Assembly (NCBI GenBank): GCA_002104945.1
Contig: MCFH01000177.1
Span: forward strand, 1 to 21,137
Origin: Piromyces finnis finn
Taxonomy: Eukaryota > Fungi > Neocallimastigomycota
Direction of reading: 5' to 3'
Length of the DNA: 21,137 bases
The notes below the pieces were generated by a model, which searched no databases, was not told where the DNA came from, and worked only from the letters and a program-made list of their open reading frames with translations. Shown here in pieces: positions 9,176 to 21,137 of this stretch; positions within the stretch are counted from its first letter, which is position 1, and the number at the start of each line of letters is the position of its first letter. A program made the translations under genes and the position numbers.

Positions 9176-12100
9176 TTAAAAAAAGTTATTGGTAGTAGAT
9201 GAAGGACTCATTGGTGAAAATATATTACCTCCTAAAATACTGCCTTTTATATCCATAGCATTACTACTTTGATTACCTAATAAAGATTTGGAATGGGCAT
9301 CATCTAATCCAAAGTGTTCTTTAGAAAACTTTAAAATACCTTCATCTGTAAGATTATTATTACTGAAAAGACGTTCTTCTTCAACAATATTTGGATGTCT
9401 ACCTTCTGGTACAGTTGGTAAACGATTTGGCATTAATGAAGATTCTGGGAAACTCTTACGTCTTCCTGCATTAATAAAGTCATTCATACCATTAGTCATG
9501 TCATTTAATGTAGTAGTAGATGACGGAAGTGGAGATCCTTGTATAGAACCATTATTAGAGAATGGAGAATCTGGAACACTTTCATTTATAGATTGTAAAA
9601 ATGAAAATGTTGGCATTGAACCTACCATATTATCTTTCGTAAAGTTTCCTAATTGTCCAAAGTCAACACTTTCAGATCTTACTTTATTATTAAGGAATGA
9701 ATTATTAAATGAAGAAGCCATTGAATTATTATAAGTAGCATTTGGTGAAGAAACAGGATTGCATGCACTTAAAAATGAATTCATACCGTTTGGACTTAAC
9801 ATGCCATAATCAAAACTTTCAGATCTATTTTTTACCATATTAATACCTCCCATATTCATACTACCAAAACCTCCATTACTTTTCATACTTGGGGTTGTGT
9901 TAATTGCACTAATATTACCAGTAGAAGGTCTATAAAATAATTGAGATGGACTTTTTATATTTTCAAGTGATTGAAGATTATTACTATTTTCACGAGCTGA
10001 TGACATTTGCATCATGTATTGTGAAAGATCATTGGTATGAGAAAATGGGGATGCAGCAACATTTATTCCTGAACTAGTTGTTCTACTGAAATCATTAATA
10101 ATATTATTATTACCGCTAAAGATTTCATCAATTGCAGATGGATTGAAGCTATTTGGATGATTTGGAGTATTTGGTAAAGAGGAACCCATTCTTGATTGTA
10201 ATGGGGAAACACTATTATTTAAAAAACCATTAGAAATAGATTGTGGAGTTGATGGAAGGAATGATGAATTATTCTTTGGAGTTGATGCTTTTTGAGAAAC
10301 CTTTAAAAACGAATGAGGTGTACTAATTTTTTGTGTATTAATAGCTTGCTTAGCAAATAGATTGTTACTTGGAGTAGATGGAGTATTGATTAGTTCTTCA
10401 GTGGCATTAGATAAAGTATCATCTCCAAAATCACTATCTTTTCCAGAAACCGATCCTGGTCCTTTGAAACTTGAAGCTTCATCATCTATAATAGGAATAG
10501 ATGGCAAACCCATATGTGGTTGTTTTGGACTAAGGAATAAACTTGGAGTTCCCGGAGTAAATGGAGAAGCTGCAGCCGTTGATTGATTTAAGAAAAGATT
10601 TGAACTAATTTGAGAAGTGTTAACGTTTAATGGCTGTTTCATAAAGATATTATTTTGATTAAAAGAAGATGATAATGGACTCATCATACTTTGATTATTT
10701 TGATTAGCACGTTGATTATTTGGAGCAGTTTGGATATGTAAATTCTGTAACTTATACATCATCTTTTCATCAAGAATATCATTAGCAGGTAAAGAAGTAC
10801 TCATACCATGCTTATTTATAATTTTCCCATTGACTTCACCATAGTTATTATTCAACATTAATTCAGTATCTAATGGTGATGTTGGGTTAAAAGCCATTGA
10901 ATTCATACCTAAAACATTATTATAATTATTATTACTATCAATATTTAAATTTATAGCGGTATTATTTCCTCTTGGATTTTGACGTTGTGGAGGTGAACTC
11001 ATCTTACGACGAGGAACAAAACCAGTATTTAATGGATTTCCCACCATGTTTATTGAACCACCAAAAGAGGTAGAATAATTGAATGCTTGGCTTGTTGGAG
11101 TTTTCGCCATTGGTTCAAAAGAAGATGATATACCCTTTGAAAAATTAGTTTTATTATTTGTCTTAATTGGAACGGAAATTGATGGAGTAACAGTTTTTTC
11201 CTTTTCAGTATATTTAGTAATATTTTTTGATTCCTCCTTTTCTGATTTTGATTTTTCTTTACTTTCTTCAATCTTTTTGTTATCAACTTCGTTCTTTTCT
11301 TCTGGTTCATCATTCGAAATAATTTCTTCAGTAATACTAGTAGCTGTAACACTGTCACTTCCACTACGACTACGGCTATTATTGGTTACTTCACCTTCTT
11401 CATTAGTAATTGCTATAGTTTCACCTTCTGATAAATTAGTACTATCAGTAGAATTTTCCTTCTTCTTATTTACGGTACTAATATCCTGGAAAGATTTCTT
11501 AACATTATTTTTAGAGGGAGTGGTTGGAGTTTGAGTGTCTTCTTTCTTAGATAAATCACGACGTGTATGAATAAAACAACAACGCTTACCATATGGACAG
11601 GTACCTTGTTCCCAGAATGTTTTACACATTTCTGTTTTATATTTTGGATGACGATCTACGTGACGTAGTTCACTTTCAGAGTGAGCAAATTGACATTTTG
11701 AACCATAACGACATTGACCAGTTTCTTCATAGGAACGACAAAGTTCAGTTTTATATAAATTTGCCTTTTTATTATTTTGAGCACCTCCTGTATTTTCCAT
11801 TGCTACAGGACTTAATAAATTATTGTTTTGATCTTTCATTACAGGATTCATTCCTACCATCATTTCTTCATTACCACGATTACCTCCATTCATGAATGGG
11901 CCATTTGTACGTATATATGGAGTAGGAGACAATAATGGCTGTTGATGGTCTCCATACATTTCATAACCATTACGGAATGGAACAGGAATACTGAATTGAT
12001 TCATTTCATTGGTAGGATGAATTGGAGTAGTAGGTGTTGTCATACCACGAGATATTTCCCATTTTTGCTTACTGTTAGTATTATCATTTAATTCATAATT

Positions 12101-12328
12101 TTCAATTGTATCAGTAGCTGTATTGTACATTGGTCCATTATTCTGTGGTACCATTTGATTATTTGGATAATACATACTATTATACATATTATCTACACCT
12201 TTACTTGGAGAAAATGGAGATTGTTGATGATGACCACTGAAATAATCTTGAATAAATTCTTGATTATTTGGAGTGTTAATTCTTGGAGGAACATTACCTC
12301 TTGACTGTGAAGCTGTTTGTCTCTTCAT
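9176..12328 (-). CDS. TIS11/ZFP36 (tristetraprolin; fungal Cth1/Cth2/Zfs1-type) tandem CCCH zinc-finger RNA-binding protein, 1050 aa, intronless
   Basis: Uninterrupted 1050-codon [29 protein letters not shown], an 18-residue linker and the second finger (KYKTEM lead-in, [20 protein letters not shown]) give two CX8CX5CX3H fingers with (L/K)YKTE(L/M) lead-ins (nt 11567-11758). The rest is N/S/M/P-rich low-complexity sequence. Confidence 0.96.
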   Translation of the reverse strand: MKRQTASQSRGNVPPRINTPNNQEFIQDYFSGHHQQSPFSPSKGVDNMYNSMYYPNNQMVPQNNGPMYNTATDTIENYELNDNTNSKQKWEISRGMTTPTTPIHPTNEMNQFSIPVPFRNGYEMYGDHQQPLLSPTPYIRTNGPFMNGGNRGNEEMMVGMNPVMKDQNNNLLSPVAMENTGGAQNNKKANLYKTELCRSYEETGQCRYGSKCQFAHSESELRHVDRHPKYKTEMCKTFWEQGTCPYGKRCCFIHTRRDLSKKEDTQTPTTPSKNNVKKSFQDISTVNKKKENSTDSTNLSEGETIAITNEEGEVTNNSRSRSGSDSVTATSITEEIISNDEPEEKNEVDNKKIEESKEKSKSEKEESKNITKYTEKEKTVTPSISVPIKTNNKTNFSKGISSSFEPMAKTPTSQAFNYSTSFGGSINMVGNPLNTGFVPRRKMSSPPQRQNPRGNNTAINLNIDSNNNYNNVLGMNSMAFNPTSPLDTELMLNNNYGEVNGKIINKHGMSTSLPANDILDEKMMYKLQNLHIQTAPNNQRANQNNQSMMSPLSSSFNQNNIFMKQPLNVNTSQISSNLFLNQSTAAASPFTPGTPSLFLSPKQPHMGLPSIPIIDDEASSFKGPGSVSGKDSDFGDDTLSNATEELINTPSTPSNNLFAKQAINTQKISTPHSFLKVSQKASTPKNNSSFLPSTPQSISNGFLNNSVSPLQSRMGSSLPNTPNHPNSFNPSAIDEIFSGNNNIINDFSRTTSSGINVAASPFSHTNDLSQYMMQMSSARENSNNLQSLENIKSPSQLFYRPSTGNISAINTTPSMKSNGGFGSMNMGGINMVKNRSESFDYGMLSPNGMNSFLSACNPVSSPNATYNNSMASSFNNSFLNNKVRSESVDFGQLGNFTKDNMVGSMPTFSFLQSINESVPDSPFSNNGSIQGSPLPSSTTTLNDMTNGMNDFINAGRRKSFPESSLMPNRLPTVPEGRHPNIVEEERLFSNNNLTDEGILKFSKEHFGLDDAHSKSLLGNQSSNAMDIKGSILGGNIFSPMSPSSTTNNFF

Positions 12329-15300
12329 TTTATTATAATTTATAATTGCTAATATAATAAATTTGAACTATGTTAATATAATCTTCCAATTTATTCTGGT
12401 ATTTATATTAAAACAAAACTTACTCTTAATTAAGTCTTATATTATCGTGTAGTGATTTATATACTTTTTATAAAACCTTTAAAATATTATCAATGCTAGC
12501 AAAGATATATTTAATAAACTTTTGGTTTTAATTATATTGTTATATTGTTAATAATGAATTTTAAGTTTAATATTGATATTTCTTTAGAAATCTTTTTTAA
12601 AGGAAATATCTATATATATTAAAATAATAAAATAAAACTATTTTAATTATTTATATTTAACTTATTTTATATCTATTAATTATATAACTAAATAACAATA
12701 TTGCTTATTTAAATTATATTTTGATTAAATGAATTTAATATTTGTTATTTTCTTTTTTTTTTTTCTTATTCTTTGAAATGATTTTTTATTTTTTTATTTT
12801 TTTTTATTTTAATATATATTACTTTCTTTTATTTTAAAATTTATCACTATAATTTTATCGCTATAATTTGATTTTATTTATTTTATGTTTAGGTATTTTT
12901 TATCTTACTACTTTATTTATATATATATTTAATTCTTAACCATATAATATTTACTTTATAGATAATAAATATAATAAACTTTATATTTACTTTTTACAAA
13001 ATAGGAAAGATTTTTCTATTAAAGGTAAATATATAAATAATTTATAAACAAAAGGTCTTTTGTGAATTTAAAAAAAAACTAAAAATTGAATAAATACAAA
13101 AAAGATAATTTAGTTTTTTTTTTATTTTCTTATTACTATTAAGGATGAATCGGTATTAGAATTAATAAATATTAAATACTATAGTAATTATAAATAAATA
13201 ATAAATAGTGTGTGATATGGTGATAATTTTAAATAAATAAATAAATAGTTTGTTTTATATTTTCAACTTATAAATAAATAGTATTTAAATTTGACAGCTA
13301 ACTTATTTATCAGAATGGATAGTAATATATACTTATATATTGAATTTTTGTGTTGTTATTAATAGTGTTTTTAATTTTGTTTTATATTTACTAATACAAA
13401 TAAATTACTGTTTTATATATTTCAAATATATATTATTTCTATTTATATTAGTTTTTTTTTCTTATATAGATTTTCGGTTTATTTATATAAATTAAGAATA
13501 TTTCTTTACAAAAATGATATATATTTTCTTAAAATATGCTATCTATAATAATTTTGTTTTGTTTTTCTTTATATATATATATTTTAAATATTAAATTTAT
13601 TAACTTTTCCATAAAAAAAAAGTAAAAAAAAAGAAGAAAAGATTAATTATAATAATCAATCAAACATTATAATCATTTAATAAGTTGCTTTAATCTTTTC
13701 TTTTTTTTTTTAATATGTTTTTTTTTTTTTTTTTTGTTGTTTTTTTTTGTTTTAAGTTTTCTTAAATACTATATATAAATAAATATAAATAACAACAATA
13801 ATTTCAAAGGAAAAAAAAAAAAAAGAAAAAGAATAAAAAACTTTTTATTTTTTTATATAATTATTAAATGGTGGGTCGTATAGGTAAGATGAATATTAAA
13901 AATATTTTAAATAATAGATTAATCCTATTCATTACAAATTAATAATTAAAAAAATTAACTTTATTTATTATAATTTCGATTTTAAAAGTTAATATAAATA
14001 TTCTAATTCTAACAATATATTAATATATGTTTTAATTTATTTTATTGTATATGTTATATATATTTATATTATTAATTTATATTTTAATATATTTTTGAAT
14101 ACAATATATTATTTTATATTAAATAAATTAAAATATATGACAATAATATAACATATTTTAATTTATTATAAAATGTTAGTTGAATGATAAAAAATAGAAT
14201 AAATGGAATTATTAATAATAAAATTTATATTAATTGATAAGTATATAAAATATTAATATATGTAATTATATTATAAATATTTAAATAATATATATTATTA
14301 TATAGAACTAGTAATCAATAAATATTTTAATATTTGTAATACCATTCAATAATAATTTATTCATTAAAACTGGTGATGAATTAATATATGACACAAAAGC
14401 TTAAAAAGTATAGTATTGATTATTGAATGTGGTTAGATGATATAATTAAAAACAAATTTTAATATAGCCAAAAAAACTAAAAATATCGTTTATAATTACT
14501 TTTATATTATTTTACTTTTACAAATATATTAGTTTATATAAATAATATATTAAGTAATATTTTCTCATTTTAAAAAAAAATTTGAATATTGAGGTTTATT
14601 TATATATACGATAATGTGTTGTTGCAGTTGTTAAGATAATAAATGTGGATATAATAAAACAAATGCCTGTCATTAACAATGTATATAAATTTAGATTATA
14701 TTTTATCATAATAAATATAGATTTAATAGAACACCATACAAACAAATGTTACTATAGTTATTTTCATAAAAAATGATATATATAATAGAATATATGTAAT
14801 AATAGATGTTTATTTAATAAAGCAAAAATAAATATATAAAACATATTTAATATACTATAATTCATTTTAACTTTTTCCAAATAGTAATAAAATAGTCAAG
14901 GATTAAGAAAGTATTTCTATTTTTTTTTCGAATATGAAATGAAATAATTTAAAAAAAGCATATTTTCTCTACCTATTGATAATACCATGATTTGTTTAAA
15001 TTGTCCATAAATATTCTACGCATAAAATATTACATTTTCTACTAACATTTTTAACATTTTTCTTTTTGTGATAACAATCTCCTATAAATCAATAACTAAT
15101 AGAACTTTTATTTAATCTAATTTTTTCTATAAAGAATATTCTTATTTTTATATATCATTGAATACATTAATGTAATATATATAAGTACATTAAATACAAT
15201 TAAAATAGAATAATAGACATATTATAAAATTTTATTATATTTTAATGAATTAACACTACTATGTGACACTACATTAAATTTATTAAAAAGGTGGATTTTT

Positions 15301-16755
15301 TAAAAGAATGTTACATATACCACCATTCTATATTAAATTGTTTTGAATTAATTATCTATTAAATTATAATAAATAATAATTAATTTTATATATAATAAAG
15401 TTTCTATCTTTATTCTATATAAAAAATTTAATTTATTTTTTGTATATTACTTATATTTAAATCAAAAAATATATTACTCTAATAAAACTTTTAATTATAT
15501 AATATATTATTACTATATTAGTAATAATAATGTTTGAGTGCTTTTAAAGTCAATTAAAGTTGTTACTTTATTTATTATTATTATAAAATAGATGATAATT
15601 CATAAGCCATAAATAAAAATTAAATTAGGTTTTACATAATAGAATTTATTATAATATATATAATTAAGTACTAATCCTTTTACGATATTAAAATGGAATA
15701 TCCATAGCTAAAAAAGGTATTATTAAAAGTAGCCTTATTATTTATTACCTTTAAAATTTTGATGATAGTATTTGATTCTTTACCAAATACATGTATAGGT
15801 TTAACTTTTCTCTTTCTATTGATATTAATATTTATAATTGAATATGGTCAATAGTATTTAGTTATTTCAATCATTCATATTACTTTTAAAAATTTTTTGG
15901 AAATACTTAAAAAACTGATATTAATTTTTCTCAAATCAATATTCTATAATAAATAATATATTAAATAAAATGTTTATACTTTTTTTTGTATTCAGAATAT
16001 AAAATTGACATTATACTTTATCTAATTTGTTATATAAATGTATTACTATAGTTATTATACTTATTGTTGATATTATTATTAATTTCTTTTCTTTTTTTCA
16101 TAATAAAATAGTATAAAATGGTAATACATAAGATTTATGCTTCTTTATAAAAAAAAAATACAGAAAACTAATTTAAACTCTTTCCTTTTATAGTAAGATT
16201 AGTTTTAAATTTAAAATATTATAAAATTGTATATTTGATTAAATCAAATTTTTAAATTGTAATATAAATGTATTATTATGTATGTATTTTTTTGTACATA
16301 CAGATTATTGTTTTCTTTAAATTTTTAATTTTCTGTATATAAAAAAAAACAAAGATTTCTATAATTATTTAAATGCTATAAATGTATTATTTTATATAAT
16401 ATTTTTTTTTATTATTATTATGTTTTAAGCATTCCTAAAATTTGAAAAAGGGATTTAAATATTTATAATAAAGTAGGACGTACTGTGTTGTGTACGTATA
16501 TATAATGATATAAATTATCTTTATATATATTATATTTTTTATAACTATAATTTAATACTAAAAAAAAAAAATCTTGGTTAAAACTAAATTCTATTTGGAA
16601 TATTTTCCAATAGTATTATTATTATTGATGTTATTTTGTTATTTTTATTATTAATAAATATGAATTTGTTTTATATATATTATTATTTATGCTAATTTTC
16701 ATCTGTTATAAAATTATCTACTTTTTTTTTATTTCATATTTCTTTTAATTTTAAC

Positions 16756-18259
16756 TTATTCTGCCTTTTTTACTATTTCTTTAGTTTCAACTGGAAGATA
16801 TCTTGGGAAAAAGAATTGGTAACCAATGAACCAATATAATGCTGGGAATAAAAAGCCAAATATTTTTTCACGGAAATGATGGTAATGAGTAGTAGTAATA
16901 CAGAGAGTGTAAAACCAGAGGAAAACAATGATTAAACAGAGAATACAAGCACAACAAGTTTTTCTTGCTCTTTGTTTCTTTTCAGGTAAAGTGTTTTTAT
17001 CTAAAAGGTAACTAGCTTGCTTTCTAAGAATTGGCCAGATTTCTTCTAAAAGGAAAAGGGAAGAATGGACAAGAAGAAATACATGTCCAGACACATCAAA
17101 ACCAATCCAATGTCCCTTATGAACTCTATGACAACTGATTGATGTAGCAGAAACAAAGGTATTCTCTTCACCATTTTTATTTGAAACTTCACATTTACCA
17201 TATTGAAGTTGAATACGATTGAAAATACCTGGACCAAAAGCCCATTTACAAAGAATAAACCAATATAAGGAAGCAATAATATAACGTATTAAAGAATATA
17301 TTTTACTTTTCTTGGTCTTTCCTGAAAAAAGATAAAATATGAAAATAACAAGGGTGGTCCATGCCTATTATTATCCAATATTACAGCATTAATTATTGAA
17401 AAATTATTCATTTTAAATTTATTAAATTAAGAGTATTGATTATGATTAAATAAAATAGAATGGTTAAATAAAAAGTGTTTTATTATATTGGTATTGTTAA
17501 AAAATAATTTATTAATGTATTATGTAGAAGTATTATTATATTGGTATTGTTAAAAAATAATTTATTAATGTATTATGTAGAAGTATTAAAAGTATATAAA
17601 ATAAATGGAATTAATATTTATAATTATAAAATGCATTAAACATAACTATAAAAGAGTAATAATAAGAGTAAATCAAATTGGAATTATATATTAAAGTAAA
17701 AATTATTATATTATAATAATCCAACATTAGTTACTATTACTGTATTAATATAAAACACTGTTTTTTATTATATAGAAATTTTTATTATAAATAATTTAAA
17801 TTGTATAAATTATATATTGTTAATGACAACTTTTATTAATAATATTTATTTTCTTGTTGATTTGTATTTTCTTTGTAACTTTTTATTATTTTTTTTTTAT
17901 TGATATTTTCTAATGTTTAATTATATGGGTTTCAAGTTTATTTATTATTAAAATATATTTAAAATTAAGTGATTTCTATCAAGATTCTATTTAATTTTCC
18001 TCACATTTATATATGTATATATAAATGTATAAATATAAATAAAAAAAACATTTCATAGTTACTAAATGGGTTATAAACTTACCCAACCTAATTTGGCAAA
18101 ATATTGATTTATTACACTTTTCTTCTTTGTATAGGTACCATATGTATTTTCTGAGATTTCTTCGAAATAATACTTACGGAGAATTGAACCAACTAGTACA
18201 AGAATAAAATAAAAACTTATAATTACTATTGGATTTAATGGTGGTAATGTTTTAACCAT
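16756..18259 (-). CDS. SCS3: SCS3/YFT2/FIT2-family ER membrane acyl-CoA diphosphatase (fat storage-inducing transmembrane protein), 2 exons: 18259-18083 and 17364-16756, 261 aa
   Basis: Exon 1 is ORF 18071-18259 up to [14 protein letters not shown] with a gtaagt donor. After a 718-nt intron and a tag acceptor, exon 2 begins AWTTLVIF and stays open into ORF 16756-17094. The joined protein has the family motifs NxYFxKxGWxWT, Wx[14 protein letters not shown] and [11 protein letters not shown] (HxxxE). Confidence 0.93.
17481..17588. repeat. Exact tandem duplication, 53-nt unit x2, inside the SCS3 intron
   Basis: tattatattggtattgttaaaaaataatttattaatgtattatgtagaagtat occurs at 17481-17533 and 17534-17586. 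Confidence 0.95.
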
Positions 18260-18581
18260 TTTATTTTTAATATTATTTTTAATTCTTTTTTTTTTTTTTT
18301 TTTTTTAAAGAAAATTTTCACTGTTATATTTATATTTATATTAATTATAATTGATTTTTTGTTTATAATAAATTTATGTATAGTCATATGATTTAAGTCA
18401 TAAAATAAAATTAAAAAAAAAAGGAAAATTTAAATATTCAACAGTTTCTTATGTGCAACGATAATTTCAATTCTTCTATTTCTAATTTAAATTCCACAAT
18501 ATAAGCATACAAAATAATTTATTTAAAAATTTATAATAGAAATAATAGAAATAAGTTCTCGACTAATAATAATTTAAATAT

Positions 18582-18617
<36 letters not shown>

Positions 18618-19466
18618 TTAATAATAAATTATAAAGAAAAGAAGCAATGAAAAAGTATTTGAAATATATGGAAATATATGAAGTACGTGTTATTTATTTT
18701 AAAAAAAAAAGGCGTATGATTTACAAAAGATACTGTATAATTCTATTAATTGTTTTAATATAAAATATATATAATAATAGAAAAAGGTATATATTTAAAT
18801 TTCGTTTTTTCTTTTACACAATTTATACTATCACTTCGGAAAAAAACAATATAATTTACATTATTAAAAAGATGAATTTCTTTTTAAATAAATAATATAA
18901 TTAATGTTTTTATATCATGTAATTTATAATAATGAAATGAGTATTAAATTCATATAAACTATGAATTATCGATAGTTTCATTATTTTAATAATAAATTTG
19001 ATAGATTATAATTTATTATAAAGAAGTATTACTTTTATTACTACTATTAAATTCTATTTATAATATTACTAAACTGTTACTAAAATTCCTATCACTTATT
19101 TTATTGTATATATATATATCTATGAAAAAATGGTTTAATTATTTATTTGATTATTTATTTATATATATCATATATTTATGAACATATGTAGCTAATTAAT
19201 ATAAACACAAATATGTATTAAAAGTGTTGTAAACGTAATATGTTTTAAAGATTTAAAGATAGTTTTTTTTTTATTTCATTTTATTTTTATCGTCACATGA
19301 ATTTATACTTCATCATACAACTGTAATAGAAAAAGTTACATTGTAATATTTAGAATGTAATTTTTTCTTTTTGTTATTTCACAGATTAAGTCTCAAACTT
19401 TAATTAATATTAAAATTTCTTAAGAAAAAAATTAAAAACAAAAATTTTTGTGTTAAATAATATAAT

Positions 19467-20498
19467 ATGTCAACCAAATCATTTTAGCCAATGACCAACG
19501 TCTTCATGGCAAGTCCAACTTTGATACTTATAGTCTTTTAATCAAGGCGGCCACTTCAAGAAGAAAAGGAAGAAGTAATTGAAAGAGACATGGATAAAGA
19601 GGACTTTTTATATAACGACAAGGAATTAGTAGAAAAGACTAATAAAAAGACAATTTGAATTCTCAAAAAGAAGAAAATTTTAATACAAAAATGAAAAAAC
19701 AATAATTCAATTGAAGTTAACAATAATTTAAAAAGTAATTCAAAAAGCAATTTAAAAAACATTTTTAAAAATATTCATAACGATACCAAAAATATTAAAA
19801 ACGAAAATAACAAATTAAACTCAAAATTGAAAAAGGACAATTTCACCGAAGACACTTTAAAAGAAATTGCAATTAACAATTACAATTATAAAAAGAAACA
19901 TAACAAAATAACAAATATTAAAAATAAAAATAATAATTACCAAAATTCTGAAATTCCTAGTTCTAGTATTTCAAATTTTGTTGAAAATAATAGATTTACT
20001 ATTACTGAAAGTCCTGAAAATAAAAATAATTCTCCTGTTGAAAAGTCTACCATAGTAAAGTTTAATGATACCAAGAAAATTAGTGATAATTACTTCATCA
20101 TGAAAAAGTGATTAAAAAATTATATATTAGCCTTTATACGTTACACAACACCATACTATCTTATTAAGAAAGCCACAAATGTATAATAAAAGAATTTAAC
20201 GCCGCAACATATAAAAAGGGAGACCTGATATTTCTTTTGCTGTCCGATCTTGTGAAAATCCCACTGTCTCCGACTGGCACTATGTTCTGCTTATTTTAAA
20301 AATACTTACTCAACGCAATTAGTTAAAAACTGAAATGTGATGTAAAAGGCTTTATCACAGCCTATACAGGTGCAGATTTTGCGAGGGACACTAAAGACAG
20401 GAAATCGATATAATACTTATAGGGAACTCTACTCTATGTCAGTTTTTGAAGAAACAATCTATAATTGTTACACCCAATTGCAGAAGCAGGAATATATT
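19467..20498 (+). mobile_element. Degenerate, internally deleted Ty1/copia LTR-retrotransposon relic (gag-like start, N/K-rich linker, RT C-terminus, RNase H start)
   Basis: From 20221: RPDISFAV..CENPTVSDWHYVLLILK, then (frameshift) YL..KLKCDVKGFITAYTGADFARDTKDRKSI, then KKQSIIVT..AEA..EYI. These match the copia RT-end and RNase H motifs TRPDI.FAV, xYxDADxAGDxxDRKS and SKKQ..VA.ST.EAEY. The 5' part RLHGKSNFDTYSLLIKA resembles a copia gag N-terminus (weaker call). There are multiple stops and frameshifts. ORF 19827-20111 is part of the linker. Confidence 0.85.
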
Positions 20499-21137
20499 AA
20501 TTGTTAACAATTTGAATAAAATTTAGAAAATTTAGACTTTAATGAAAAACGTAAAAAGAACAAAAAAAAACAAAAAAAAACAAAGAAAAAAAAACATATA
20601 TTATATATATTTCATATTATTTTATTTTACTTTAATAATATTTTAAACAAAGCTTCTAAACATTATTAAATTTCAAATAAAGTGAATGTTAGAAAATCAT
20701 AAACTTTATTAATTAGTAAAATATATTTAACATAATGTAATGTAATAATAATGCATGTAATTTAGCATAAGCCATAAATTTTAGTATAAATTGTTAATAA
20801 AGTAATGAAATATAATAAATTACCATAATAAATAAATACTAAAACCTAAAAATTTTAACAATATGATTAATTATAATAAAATTAATATAAATATGATTAA
20901 TGATTAAAATTAAATTATATAATAAATTTCAAATCATAAAACAAATTTTATTTAATTTATGAATTTTATAAACTTTAATATTAATAAACTTTTTATAAAG
21001 TAATATAGTATTGCTGTAGATTACACTATATAAATTAGTTTTTGTTTTTTTCTTCTTTTCCTCTTTTCCTTTAATAATATTAATACATAAACTGCAAAAC
21101 GAAGTAAACAACATAAAGGAAAATTTAAATTAGAATA

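Noticed and set aside
9288-11895. ORFs 9288-9734, 10362-10586, 11050-11364, 11079-11534 and 11593-11895
   Set aside because: All lie within the CCCH CDS, antisense or out of frame, and are explained by its codon bias.
14341-14433. Possible C/D snoRNA (GTGATGA plus weak terminal complementarity accattcaat / attgaatgtggt)
   Set aside because: No CTGA D box downstream and no recognisable rRNA guide.
16478-16497. Small hairpin acgtac-N8-gtacgt ~260 nt downstream of the SCS3 stop, a similar distance to the esterase hairpin
   Set aside because: Only a 6-bp stem with no sequence similarity to the other hairpin; the matching distance is probably coincidence.
17046-17276. ORF 17046-17276 (-)
   Set aside because: An off-frame overlap of SCS3 exon 2; the frame carrying the family motifs is a different one.
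17481-17588. Tandem repeat as a CRISPR-like array
   Set aside because: Two directly abutting copies with no spacers, in a eukaryotic intron, and no cas genes.
19075-19395. Candidate 5' LTR (TG...CA) and tRNA-Lys-like primer-binding site (acagattaagtctca) before the copia relic
   Set aside because: No matching 3' LTR in the window, and the tRNA complementarity is gapped and based on a non-fungal tRNA recalled from memory.

Overview
This is extremely AT-rich eukaryotic DNA with GT-AG introns, most consistent with an anaerobic gut fungus (Neocallimastigomycota; inferred from composition, intron style and gene families). Positions 1-4302 form a ~2.1-kb inverted repeat with a 62-nt spacer. It duplicates the 5' part of a many-exon membrane-protein gene (TmcB/TmcC-like, ATG at 4815, minus strand) that is cut off at the fold point. 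The junction sits on a 10-nt inverted microhomology, and the arm differences I checked are almost all 1-2 nt indels. A fold-back sequencing, amplification or assembly artefact is therefore the leading explanation, though a real palindrome cannot be excluded. The rest of the window holds a secreted type-B carboxylesterase (two exons; bacterial-looking catalytic exon plus a signal-peptide exon), an intronless 1050-aa TIS11/tristetraprolin-type tandem CCCH protein, a two-exon SCS3/FIT-family gene and a heavily deleted Ty1/copia relic. I found no CRISPR array, tRNA or rRNA. No novel system is proven here. The best leads are the probably horizontally acquired esterase, the uncharacterised TmcB-like gene and the palindrome if it proves real.
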